In this document: positions 25,150 through 37,050 of the stretch, one piece after another
Layout: each line of letters begins with the position of its first letter
How positions within the stretch are numbered: position 1 is the stretch's first letter
Assembly: GCA_030390025.1 (NCBI GenBank)
Contig: CM059432.1
Coordinates: 36,272,001 to 36,336,000, forward strand
Reading direction: 5' to 3'
DNA: 64,000 bases
Origin: Squalus acanthias
Lineage: Eukaryota
Translations under genes and position numbers: made by a program
The notes under the pieces: model-generated
What the model saw: the letters and a program-made list of their open reading frames with translations, nothing else
Databases searched by the model: none
Told to the model about the DNA's origin: nothing

Positions 25150-25796
25150 AGTAAATTAGATACAGAATCGCCAAAGCATATATAGATAGAAAACAAAGCA
25201 TGTGTACTTTACAATTGCAGACCAATAAATTAAATCATCCTGACTATCTGCCGAGGTGTGATAAAGTTAATTAAGTCAGCCAGGAAGGTACCACATCAAA
25301 GACATAGCAAGATACAACTGAGACAATGAGGTGTAGTCGCAGGGGTTCGAACGTGTCAAAAGCTGCCGTCTGTATGTAAAACGAAAAGCTTTAAAAAAAA
25401 TTTTACTTTTTTACTGGGAAAATTTTTACTTTTTTACTGGGAATCACATCTGTGAACAAGCTATCGACGACTCGAGTCGTCGTTAGCTTGTTCACAGATG
25501 TGATTCCCAGTAAAAAAGTAAAAATTTTCCCAGTAAAAAAGTAAATTTTTTTTAAAGCTTTTCGTTTTACATACAGACGGCAGCTTTTGACACGTTCGAA
25601 CCCCTGCGACTACACCTCATTGTCTCAGTTGTATCTTGCTATGTCTTTGATGTGGTACCTTCCTGGCTGACTTAATTAACTTTATCACACCTCGGCAGAT
25701 AGTCAGGATGATTTAATTTATTGGTCTGCAATTGTAAAGTACACATGCTTTGTTTTCTATCTATATATGCTTTGGCGATTCTGTATCTAATTTACT

Positions 25797-25838
25797 TCAC
25801 CTGAGGAAGGAGCAATCGATAGCTCCGAAAGCTTGTGA
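25797..25838 (+). ncRNA. Minimal hammerhead-ribozyme-like motif (right arm)
   Basis: UCAC-CUGAGGA-A-GGAGC(AAUCGAUA)GCUCC-GAAA-GC-UU-GUGA. Confidence 0.7.
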
Positions 25839-27309
25839 TTTCAAATAAAACTGTTGGACTATAACCTGGTGTTGTGCGACCTCTCTATTTATGAAGCCCA
25901 GGATCCCGTAAGCTTTTTTTAACAGCTTTCTCAACCTGCCCTGCCACCTTCAACGATTTGTGTACTTTAAGATGTTTCTGAGACTTAATGAGATGCAATT
26001 TTTCCAGGTGGTGAAATTAAACTATTCTACTAAAGAGGCATCATTGCCAAGCCCAATCTGTTCTTGACTGATACCCACATGTACTTTCCAATAGAGATTA
26101 TAGAGTATACTAAATACCCAATAAGGAGCTAGGGGTGTTTGAGTGTCCTGACTATTGGCAGAACCGTAAAGGTTGTTTTTCCTTTTAATAGGCTGTTTTC
26201 TTTTGGCAGTGCAAATGGATTAGAACCTTTCCCCACCTGTTCTTTGCTGAGTGACAGGTATATTTCTTTAATATCTTCTATTCTTTCTCTTCCCCCTCCC
26301 ATGTTCCCTTCCACCTTCACTTTTACTCCCCTAACCAGAGATTGTCTAGGTGAGCTGTTGCTGCTACCGATTCACATGGACTGTGGAATAGGAGGAATGA
26401 TTTATTTGCTTTTATTTGTTGTTTTTCTCTTATCTGAGAAATGGAAAAACATAAAAAAAATTAAGGAACAGCAAATGGCCATTCCGTATACTTAGCCTGG
26501 CATCCAATTGCATTTGTTTTGTTATTTCTGCTACCTTACATGGTAAATTATTCCAAACATTTATCATCCTTTAACTGAACAATTTTTTCTACCCTGTGTT
26601 TTAAATGACTGTTTATTAATTTAAATCCATGTCGTCTGGCCCTGATGGCCTGACTTACTTTGAAATAATATTCTGAGTTCATGTTCATGTCACCTATATC
26701 ATTCAATACTTTATAATATATTGATAAGGTTCTTCCCTTCCCCTCCCCAACCCATGTTCTAGACTGTAGCACTTAGTTTATCTAACTTTCTCTAATCTAT
26801 CCTTGTAGCTCATCTTCTTTGCACTTACTGCTCTTCTCTGCACCTTTAATGTATCTATATCCCTTTTGAAGTGTAGTTATCAAAACTGTGCACAGTACTT
26901 TGTGTGGATATCCGGTAAAGGTGGGTTCAGTGTCAGATGTAGCGCTTACTGTTGTGGCTCATGTGAAGAACAGACTTTGTACACTAGTGCTCCACTATTC
27001 TGGCTATATATCCTAAAATTTTTTGTTTTTTCCTCCATTGCTTCTTCACATAACGACTTTGAAAATAGTGAATCCACTGTGCATTTCAGATCCCCCTATT
27101 TGCTATTTGTTATATCTATCTTACTCAGTTTCTCCCCCATCATTTTTTTTACCCAGTATGCAGTAGTACATCTTGTCCTCTTGCTCATAAGTTGGTATTT
27201 TCTAATATTATGGGAGCTACTGTTAAATTATCCATCACAGAAGAACATTTCTGCTAATATAAAGATTAGCACTATCGTTTTCTGCATGACTGTTCTCTGG
27301 TGATCTTGT

Positions 27310-27620
27310 TACCTGTTAACACACCTCAAACATTTTGAGTCATCTGTCATTGGTTTAGACATTTCCAGAGCCGTTGACGACCTCTGGTAGTGTGCTATTC
27401 TAAACAAGTTACTATCGTGTAGCCTCCCACCAGTGCTATGTTCAAGGCTCTCCAGTTTCCTCTGCAATTGCAGTAACTGTGCTTCGCTGTCTCATCCAAT
27501 GACTTTTTTCCATTAACTCAGTGGTTTCCTAAGAGCCTGTCCTCCCACTCTGTTCCTTTTTATCAATGTTCAGCTCCACTTATCATCCAACACTCTCCAC
27601 TTTTTTTGATTATCCCACTC
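27310..27620 (+). mobile_element. Ancient non-LTR RT remnant (CR1 group)
   Basis: From 27355 it translates as LDISRAVDDLW*CAILNKLLSCSLPPVLCSRLSSFL (compare LDISKAFDRVWH), followed by a PTLFLFIN-like motif. Confidence 0.55.
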
Positions 27621-28554
27621 TATGTATTTATCAGTACTACTATGGTCTGTGCTGCTCCTGACCCTTTGTCTCATATGCTGCAAGGTTGCTGTCCTACATT
27701 TTCTTCCTCTCCCCTATGTTGCAGCTATGTTCAAATTAACTCGTGGCACCATTTCCTGCTCTAATTCAGACTTTCTTCACTCCTTTTATCTTTGGGCTTT
27801 GAAAGTTCCAGCTTGGCATTGCCTAACTATGCTTTCTGGTCTACCACCTCCTCCACCTTTACTCTTTCAGCCATGCTGGTGCCATGAACTTTGAGTCTTG
27901 CCCTATCACCATGGACCCTCTGCATTTCTTTCAGTAGACTCTCGCTTTTCTTTTCCCTTCCTCTCTAGCAGGCAGCGACTTGTGGCAGCTGCTCTTTCGT
28001 GCCTTGCCCAAATGGGCATCCCTCATGAGCTCTGATAGTGAGTGTTGGCAGGCAAATTAACATTGTGGGACATAACCGCTAAACCCTTTGTTGTCCTTGC
28101 CCTACACATGCAAATTCCAGCAATGGGGTGGTAGGCCACTTTATGACCAAGATCCTTTTTGTACAAGATTCTGAATACACCACGGTCCCCATTACGAAGT
28201 TTTTCTCTGCTTTATTAAATCGCTGTAATTGAAGTGACTGTCGCACTGTGTTTTTCTTTTGTACTCTGAAAGGAGCCTTGAGGCTGTATTTATGCCAAAG
28301 TACTGTGTAGACCTCCTGGTTGTCTGGCAGGAAATTGAATTCTGCATAAGCTTACTGATGACTGTGCAATAATGGAAAGGTATAATCCCCAAACCAGAGA
28401 GATCTGACTGGCTTTGTATTTAATTTGTTAAATATATATAAGGAGCAGAAACTTGCTGACTGCAGAATTGATGCAGCAATGCATTATTTCCATATAAAAT
28501 CATACAAAACCACTAACCATGTGGGGAGGGGGAGCGAGAAATGTATAGCGGATT

Positions 28555-28700
28555 TGACATCATCTGAGAAAAGACTAGTTAACGTTTTGGATGGGATCCT
28601 TTGTCAGAATCTTAGGAAGGCGCTCCACCTGAAATGTTAACCTGACTTTTTTTTCTTTCAGATGCTGATGGTCCTGCTGTGTAGTTGAAGAATTTTCTGT
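28555..28700. mobile_element. Old degraded Penelope-like terminal fragment in inverted arrangement
   Basis: CATCTGAGAAAAGACTAGTTAACGTTTT...AAATGTTAACCTGACTTTTTTTCTTTCAGATGCTG; resembles 17129-17299 and 61467-61565. Confidence 0.55.
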
Positions 28701-29359
28701 CCCCCCCCCATTAATTTGGATTCCCACCATTTGCAATTTTATTCCCCTTTTTTAATTTCCTCTTAATTTAATCTCTTTAGGATTACTATTTATACATATT
28801 AATTCATACAGAATAGTCATTATTGTAATCATTTTTAAGGCCACTTTATCTGACTGAGTCTGCCAAAGTACAAAAATACTTTACTGAATGACTGCTTTTG
28901 GTTGTGAAACCAGAAAGAATTTGACAGTAAATGCCAACCAAATTTGATAGGCTTTCAAGTGTTGTACAGAAGTTTTGAATTTTACAAACTGAAACAGTCC
29001 TGAATTTATATAATGCTTTAGCCTATCTCCAAAATAATTCAATACTGGAATATTTCTAAGTGCAGTGATTTAGTAGACATTGTTGCATGTACACAGGAGG
29101 TTGGTCCCACAGACAGCCATGCGTTGAATGACTAGTTCATCTATTTTGGTGGTATTTGAAGGAGGAATGTTGGACATGGCACTGGAGAACTTCTTACTTT
29201 TTGAATAGTGCCATAGAATTTTTAATAACCACTCAAACAGGCAGACTAGAGTGTCCGTCCTGGAGTGGAGTTTAAACAGACAACCTTTAGAATCAGAAGG
29301 GACGCTTCAACCACCTGAGCCAATTAGAAAATTGTAATGTATCCTTTTTTTCTTCTTGA

Positions 29360-29570
29360 GAGGTGGCAAGGCAGTATATATTGCCCATCCCTAGTTTCAC
29401 TGAGGTAGTTAAGAGTCAACCACGTAGTGCAGGACTGGAGTCACATGTAGGCCAGACTGGGTAATGGTGCAAGTTCCCTTCCCTGAAAAACCAGTTGGGT
29501 TTTTAACAACAATCCAGTGTCTTTATCTTATTTTCTTTATGGTGCCAGCACATAAATTACCAGAAATTAC
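29360..29570 (-). mobile_element. Bipartite SINE related to the tRNA-headed LINE (decayed)
   Basis: TTGCCCATCCCTAG tail joined to AGTTAAGAGTCAACCAC...GGAGTCACAT from the 5' UTR. Confidence 0.7.
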
Positions 29571-29604
29571 TCTTTGCAAACACATCCTGTTTTTGGTCCT
29601 ACTT

Positions 29605-32600
29605 AGGCCTGGACTAATGATCCGGAGACGTGAGTTCAAATCCCACCAAGGCAGCTGGGATATTTAAATTCAGTGAATTAAGTAAATCTGGAATAAAAAG
29701 CTAGTATCAGTAATGGTGACCATGAAACTATTGGATTGTCGTAAAAACCCATCTGGTTCACTAATGTCCTTCAGGGAAGGAAATCTGCCGTCCTTACCGG
29801 GTCTGGCCTATATGTGACTCCAGACCCACAGTAATGTAGTTGACTCTTAACTGACCTCTGAAATGGCCCAGCAAGCCACTCAGTTGTAACAAACCGCTAC
29901 GAAACACAATAATAAGAATAAAACTGGACAGAGCACCCGGCATCGACCTCGGCACCGGCTGCGAACACGACAACGGCACACCCAGCTCAGTCGACCCTGC
30001 AAAGTCCTCCTCACCAACATCTGGGGACTTGTGCCAAAATTGGGAGAGCTATCCCACAGATTAGTCAAGCAACAGCCTGACATAGTCACACTCATAGAAT
30101 CATACCTTTCAGCCAATGTCCCAAACTACACCATCACCATCCCTGGGTATGTCCTGTCCCACCGGCAGGACAGACCCACCAGGGGTGGCGGCACAGTGGT
30201 ATACAGTCGGGAAGGAGTGGCCCTGGGAGTCCTCAACATTGACTCCGGACCCCATGAAGTCTCATGGCTTCAGGTCAAGCATGAGCAAGGAAACCTCCTG
30301 CTGATTACCACCTACCACCCTCCCTCAGCTGATGAATCAGTACTCCTCCATGTTGAACACCACTTGGAAGAAGCACTGATTAGCAAGGGCACAGAATGTA
30401 CTCTGGGTGGGGGACTTCAACGTCCATCACTAAGAGTGGCTCGGTAGCACCACTGCTGGCCGAGTCCTGAAGGACATAGCTGTCAGTCTGGACCTGCGAT
30501 AGGTGGTGAGAGAACCAACACGAGGGAAAAACCTACTTGACCTCGCCTCACCAATCTACCTGTCGCAGATGCGTCTGTCCATGACAGTATTGGTAGCAGT
30601 GACCACCGCACAGTCATTGTGGAGACGAAGTCCCGTCTTCACACTGAGGACACCCTCCATCGTGTTGGGTGCCACTCCCACCGTGCTAAATGGGATAAAT
30701 TCAGAACTGATCTAGCAGCTCAAAACTGGGCATCCATGAGGCGCTGTGGGCCATCAGCAACAGCAGAATTGTATTCCACCACAATCTGTAACCTCCTAAC
30801 CCGGCATATCTCTCACTCTACCATTACCATTAAGCCAGGGGACCAACCCTGGTTCAATAAGGAGTGTAGAAGAGCATGCCAGGAGCAGCACCAAGCGTAC
30901 CTAAAAATGAGGTGCCACCCTGGGGAAGCTGCAACACAGAACTACGTGCATGCTAAAAAGCGGAAGCTGCATGCTATAGACAGAGCTAAATAATCCCACA
31001 ATTAACGGATCAGATCAAAGCTCTGCAGTCCTGCCGCATCCAGTCATGAATGGTGGTGGACCATTAAACAACTAACGGGAGCAGGAGGCTCCATGAATAT
31101 CCCCATCCTCAATGATGGCGGAGCCCAGCACGTACGTGCAAAAGACAAGGCTGAAGCGTTTGTAACCATCTTCAGCCAGAAGTGCCGAGTGGATGATCCG
31201 TATCGGCCTCCTCCTGAGGTCCCCACCATCACAGAAGCCAGTCTTCAGCCAATTTGATTCACTCCACGTGATATCAAGAACCGGCTGAGCGTACTGGATA
31301 CAGCAAAGGCTATGGGCCCCGACAACATCTCAGCTGTTGTGCTGAAGACTTGTGCTCCAGAACTAGCTGTGCCTCTAGCCAAGCTGTTCCAGAACAGCTA
31401 TAACACTGGCATCTATCCGACAATGTGGAAAACTGCCCAGGTATGTCCTGTCCACACAAAGCAGGACAAATCCAATCCGGCCAATTACTGCCCCATCAGT
31501 CTACTCTCAATCATCAGCAAAGTGATGGAAGGTGTCACCGACAGTGCTATCAAGCGGCATTTGTTCACCAATAACCTGCTCACTGATGCCCAGTTTGGGT
31601 TCCGCCAAGACCACGGCTCCAGACCTCATTACAGCCTCGGTCCAAACATGGACAAAGGAGCTGAATTCCAGAGGTGAGGTGAAAGTGACTGCCCTTGACA
31701 TCAAGGCAGCATTTGACCGAGTGTGGCATCAAGGAGTCCTAGTAAAACACAAGTCAATGGGAATCGGGGGGGGAGGGGGGAAACCTCTCCACTGGCTGGA
31801 GTCATACCTAGCAGAAAGGAAGATGGTTGTGGTGGTTGGAGGTCAATCATCACAGCCCCAGGACATCGCTGCAGGAGTTCCTCAGTGCAGTGTCCTAGGC
31901 CCAACCATCTTCAGCTGCTTCATTAATGACCTTCCCTCCAACATAAGGTCAGAAATGGGGACATTCGCTGATGACTGCAGTGTTCAGTGCCATTCACAAC
32001 TCCTCAGATAATGAAGCAGTCCATGCCCGCATGCAACAAGACATGGACGACGTTCAGGCTTGGGCTGATAATTGGCAGGTAACATTCGCGCCACACAAGT
32101 GCCAGGCAATGACAATCTCCAACAAGCAAGCGTCTAACCATCGCCCCATGACATTCAATGGCATTTGCATCGCCGAATCCCCCCACCATCAATATCCTGG
32201 GGTCACCATTGACCAGAAACTTAACTGGACCAGCCACTTAAATACTGTGGCAACAAGAGCAGGTCAGAGGCTAGGTAGTCTGCAGCGAGTGTCTCACCTC
32301 CTGACTCCCCAAAGCCTTTCCACCATCTACAAGGCACAAGTAAGGAGTGTGATGGAATACTCTCCACTTGTCTGGATGAGTGCAGCTCCAGTAACACTCA
32401 AGAAGCTCGACACCATCCAGGACAAAGCAGCCGGTTTGATTGGCACCCTATCCACCAGCTTAAAAAAAAAAAAAATTCACTCCCTCCACCACCGGCGTAC
32501 CGTGGCTGCAGTGTGTACCATCTACAAGATGCACTGCAACAACTCGCCAAGGCTTCTTTGGAAGCACCTCCCAAACCCGCGACGTCTTCCATCTAGAAGG

Positions 32601-32860
32601 ACGGGGCAGCAGGCGCATGGGAACACCACCACCTCCAAGTCACACACCATCCTGACTTGGAAGTATGTCGCCTTTCCTTCATTGTCGCTGGGTCAAAATC
32701 CTAGAACTCCCTCCCTAACAGCACTGTGGGAGTACCTTCACCATACGGACTGCAGTGGTTCAAGAAGGTGGCTCACCACCACCTTCTCGAGGACAATTAG
32801 GGATGGGAAATAATGGTGCCAGTGACACCCACATTCCATGAACGAATATTTAAAAAAAAA
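29605..32860 (+). mobile_element. Near full-length single-ORF EN-RT LINE (CR1 group, possibly Zenon-like) with tRNA-type head
   Basis: B box GTTCAAATC at 29634-29642; ATG at 29863; endonuclease VLLTNIWGL, RQDRPTRGGG and TYHPPS; RT PDNISAVVLK, DIKAAFDRVWH and GVPQCSVLGP; A-rich end. Confidence 0.92.
29863..32760 (+). pseudogene. APE endonuclease plus reverse transcriptase single ORF, disrupted
   Basis: GAAATGG start is in frame with ORF 30031 (TAA at 29887 is TAC in the 50-kb copy); continues through ORFs 30619, 31312, 31532 and 31971. Confidence 0.85.
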
Positions 32861-35393
32861 AACCTAGCTTGGGTTTATATTCAGTCTTGCAATGCACCCT
32901 GAGCATCATTTCTTGCCCAAGGGTGGTGAGCAGCTGCTTCCAGGGTTTATAATGCTACTCAAACTGTCTATTACATTGCTTGTATGAAATCTGTGGATTT
33001 CATCCAGTACTGACACATACTAAACTCTCCTGGTGTCATGTACTTGATGACTCACCCTTCGCTACAGGCCCTAAATTGAAACCTGTTATATGGGGAATTG
33101 GGGGAAAGCTGTATGGAGAGTTAGTACACTGACTCGTGCATCTATGCGCTGTAGCGGTCCCAGGTGCAAATCCCTGCTCTCCAGGTATTTTGCTGTGCTG
33201 AGGCTCTGAGGTTTGTGCATTTGTCTTGGAATCAAATTGTAAGTCAAAGTCAACTTTGGGCAGGAGTTGCAAAACTGCCTAATTTTGATGACTGAAAGCT
33301 GTGCAGCAAAATATTGCTCGTTGTTCACTATATTTATAAAAAAAACACTGCAGGTTCGCACAAAGCCATTTGAATTTGTGCATGTATCTTTTAAAAAAAA
33401 AATATAAACACTAGTGGCACTCTCAACTTCTGCTATTTCAGAGGATGGGATGTTTTTTTCAAAAAAAGGATTATGCCATCTGAGACAATGTGTTCTGCAA
33501 ACTTACAGGACTGTAACTAAAATAATAATAAGCCTACAAAGTATAATTGTGCTTTTTTATAATGGGTCTTATTGATAAAGTGCAATGGGGAAAGTGATGC
33601 AGGAAGTAGGTGTTACACTTACAAGGGAGTGTGTGCTATACCCAAGATTTAGAAATGTAGTAAACTTTGTACTGAAATCCTCCACCAAGTCTCGAGTACT
33701 GCCCTGTCTAATTTGGACTGGACAAATAATGGCTACCCTAGTCCAGTCATAATTCAAGTAGAACTGTGGCGGTCTTGAGATGAAGGGACAGATTTTCTTG
33801 TTGCACTCTGGTGTATTGGATCACCTGGGCATAGTGTATATTAGAAAATTGGGTAGGATTGCATTCTGCTACTGCCCCCCAACCTCCTCCCCAGGTTTTT
33901 TTCCTCTGCATTATGCTCAGGTGACCCAATGCAGCCAAGCACAATAACATGTAAATCTGCCTTGAAGTGTTTTCTCATGTGATGCTTCATCCTGGTGACC
34001 TGGTGTGAACTGACCCAAGTAAAGGATGTTGAGTGATGGTATATTTCCTGAGTAATCCTTTGCCTAGAAGTGAAGGGTTTAATCCTGGGTTTGTGGGTGA
34101 CTCTTTGCTCCAGTGGCAGTGGGTTTGTCTAATTTTTTTAAACCTTCATGCTATTTATTTTCTTTATTGCAATATCTGGCAGATGGCTATTAATGACTTA
34201 ATGGAGCTGAACAGATGTCGTTATAAACAACTGGAGCAAAGCTTGACAGTTTTTACTTTGGCAGAACCCTGCGATCAAGTTGCTGACAAACTAATTTGCT
34301 CTGATTGTTGGCTAAGAATGCTTGATATGATATGGTTATATTGAATAAAGCAGATGTAAGTGCTATAGGTCCCTAAGGTGTGTGTGATAGCCCATCATGG
34401 TAGTATGATACTTTTGTTAGATTTTTTGAGTGAGTAAATACTTTTTTTTTAGTTTTATCTCCTCCGGTGCCGAAGTTGTTGTCTCCTCCTGAAGTGCAAG
34501 GTTGAGAATTTTGAAGTCGGCTCCCTGGGGTACAGTATGCCACTGGAACCTGGAGAGGAGAGGCTGATGGGAGTGCAGGGCTTTGTGGGGGTAGAACATA
34601 GGCTACATCATTTTGGGTGAGTTGTAAGTGGTGGAAAATAGAGGAAGAAAGTTAGTGAAGGAGACTGGGGATTGTCCCCAAAATACTAAAAGTGTAATGG
34701 AAGTGTGAATTTTCACAGCTGCATTCTAGTTGTGTTTTCTCCCCATTCAGGAAGTGTAATGGGCATGCAAAATGCTGGCACTACATCAACTTGGATTCTG
34801 AAAAGAACTTGCAGTGCAGTTACAGATTTTCCTTCCCAATGTGGGTTGTATCTTGAGTACATTTTGAGCTGTTTTAACACAAAGTTGAGGTACTGGAGGT
34901 TACAGATCTGTTGGTGGAGTGAGCAGTTTGAGGTGCTGAATGAAGAGGTTCATGCTAAATGCACTTTAATTTGGTTGATTGGTCTTTTGTATTTGAAGAT
35001 GAATGAAAATCAGTCTTGATTGCTCCAGCAGCGGAGAAACTCTTCAATTTTGAGACCCAAACTGCTTATCTGGGGGTCGATGCGTTGCTGCTCTTCATGA
35101 TGCTATATTATCAGGAGTTCAATGTACTGGTGTTTGTACTGGCTGACCGTGCCATGTGTCTTTGCTTGCCGTGCTTGTAGTTACAGGTCTGACATTGGTA
35201 GTGGTTGTAGGAGCAATCTGAGGTGATGAGTTGGAGCATCACAAGCATATTGCACTAAATGTGTAAATGTTGTTTTGGGTACTAATGTATTCAAGGTAGT
35301 GACAAAACTGCATTTGTTAGTTTTGGGTGCTGTTCGTTTTAAATGGCTTCTTGACTTTAACTGAGGGGTGAATTCTTCATTTTGTGATTCATT

Positions 35394-36090
35394 GGGGTGG
35401 ATTTTACGGTCAGCAGCGAACGAATGGCACCAGCCATTTGTTACACTTGCCCATAGACTTTCTATAGGTTTTTGCTCAAAGTTCCAGTCCACCAGCTACA
35501 CCGGGTCCAGCAACAGTGTATCTCCTCAACCAATTGGATTGAAGAATTGTTGATCAGCGCAGAGTTTAAACCAGGAAGTGTCAATTATATTTAATTCAAT
35601 GTCAAACCCGGTACAGAAAACAAAATAATGAGGGGAAGAAAGATTGGATTAAGAGAAAGAGAGAGATAAGAGACAAAAATTAAATTTTTAAATAAAACAA
35701 AATATCAACAATAATTAAAATCTGAAGGAATGAGACTCCATACTTATTAAAGTTGATTTTCAGTGCCAGCGAGGTTGTTTGGCAGTAATTAAGACTTATC
35801 ATGCTGTTAAAAATTTACTTGCACTGGAATGGACAAGCCCTAACTTTTTCTGGCAAGTTTAGTGTGTATATATTGGGTAAGTACAGCAACTTCACGCCGT
35901 TTTGGCGAGTCTTTCGGCAAGATACTATTATTGCGCAGCTTTTTGAGGAGCAGGGCATCTCGAACAGCAGCCTCCTGATTTACGCATTTAACTGCGCACA
36001 TGCGATCGCTGGAAGTTGCTATCCGATTTACACGTTAATAATGGTGTGCGCTGTGAGCCTCACTGTTATTTCTACCGCAAAATCCGGCAC
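35394..36090. mobile_element. PIF/Harbinger-like MITE (~697 bp)
   Basis: TIRs GGGGTGGATTTTACGGT / ACCGCAAAATCCGGCAC; 3-bp TSD ATT; related to 544-1262. Confidence 0.78.
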
Positions 36091-36094
36091 ATTT

Positions 36095-36815
36095 ATTTAT
36101 TTTTTATTCGTTCATGGGATGTGGGCGGGACTGGCAAGGCCATCGTTTATTGCCCATCCCCAATTGTCCTCGAAGGTGATGGTGAGCCGCCGCCTTGAAC
36201 CGCTGCAGTCTGTGTGGTGAAGGTAAGCCCATAGTGCTGTTAGGGAGGGAGTTCCAGGATTTTGATACGGCGATATATTTCCAAGTCAGGATGATGTGTG
36301 ACATGAAGGGGAACTTGGAGGTGATGGTGTTCCCATGCACCTGCTGCCCTTGTCCTTTGGGATTTGCGATTTGGGAGGTGCTGTCGAAGAAGCCTTGGCA
36401 AGTTGCTGCAGTGCATCTTGTAGATGGTACACACTGCAGCCAAGGTGCGCTGGTGGTGGAGGGAGTGCCATTCAAGCGAGCTGCTTTGTCCTGGATGGTG
36501 TCGTGCGTCGAGTAGTGTTGGACCTGCACTCATCCAGGCAAGTGGAGAGTATTTCATCACACTCCTGACTTGTGTCTTGTAGATGGTGGAAAGGCTTTGG
36601 GGAGTCAGGAGGTGACACACTCGCCTCAGAATACCCCAGCCTCTGACTCGCTCTTGCAGCTACAGTATTTATGTAGCTGGTCCAGTTAAGTTTCTGGTCA
36701 ATGGTGACCCTCCCAGGATGTTGATGGTGGGGGATTCGGCGATGGTAATGCCATTGAATGTCAAGGGGCGGTGGTTAGACTCTCGCTTGTTGGAGATAGT
36801 CATTGCCTTGCACTT
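36095..36815 (-). mobile_element. 3' fragment of the single-ORF LINE family at 29605
   Basis: LLTPQSLSTIYKTQVRSVMKYSPLAW; tail GGATGGGCAATAAA. Confidence 0.9.
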
Positions 36816-37050
36816 AGTCTTTATCTGACAGGACCCAGTGTATGATGGGAACATGTTTCTTGTTCTTTCTTGGTGGTTGGTTTGAAATACGGCTGCAGTA
36901 TCAGAGGCTTCAGCTACCACCTTTTTAGTGTGTATTTTGTGCTGATGAAGATGAGACACGTTGGGGCTGGGAATGAAATATCTCCCATGTTGCATACTAA
37001 TTCAGTATTGCATACTCCCAAAAGTTGCTTCAGTTGAATTGCACTGTTAG

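Larger units (their letters stand above)
25007..25885. mobile_element. Penelope-like fold-back insert: 825-bp palindrome (25061-25885) plus a 54-bp one-sided tail
   Basis: Centre CTC|GAG at 25473/4; TSD TATTTATGAAG (24996-25006, 25886-25896). Confidence 0.9.
24393..25965 (-). mobile_element. CR1 3' fragment split by a palindromic insert
   Basis: Same family as 8590-9855; continuous across TATTTATGAAG. Confidence 0.88.

Noticed and set aside
25007..25896. Palindrome as a pure assembly artefact or a DNA-transposon MITE
   Set aside because: Flanked by an 11-bp TSD within a continuous CR1, has an asymmetric tail and slightly diverged arms, and the same design recurs at 52 kb; an artefact is unlikely, though read-level confirmation is still needed.
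28640..28690. Splice acceptor with ATG (TTTCTTTCAG|ATGCTG)
   Set aside because: Lies within a degraded Penelope terminal repeat, and the frame stops after 7 codons.
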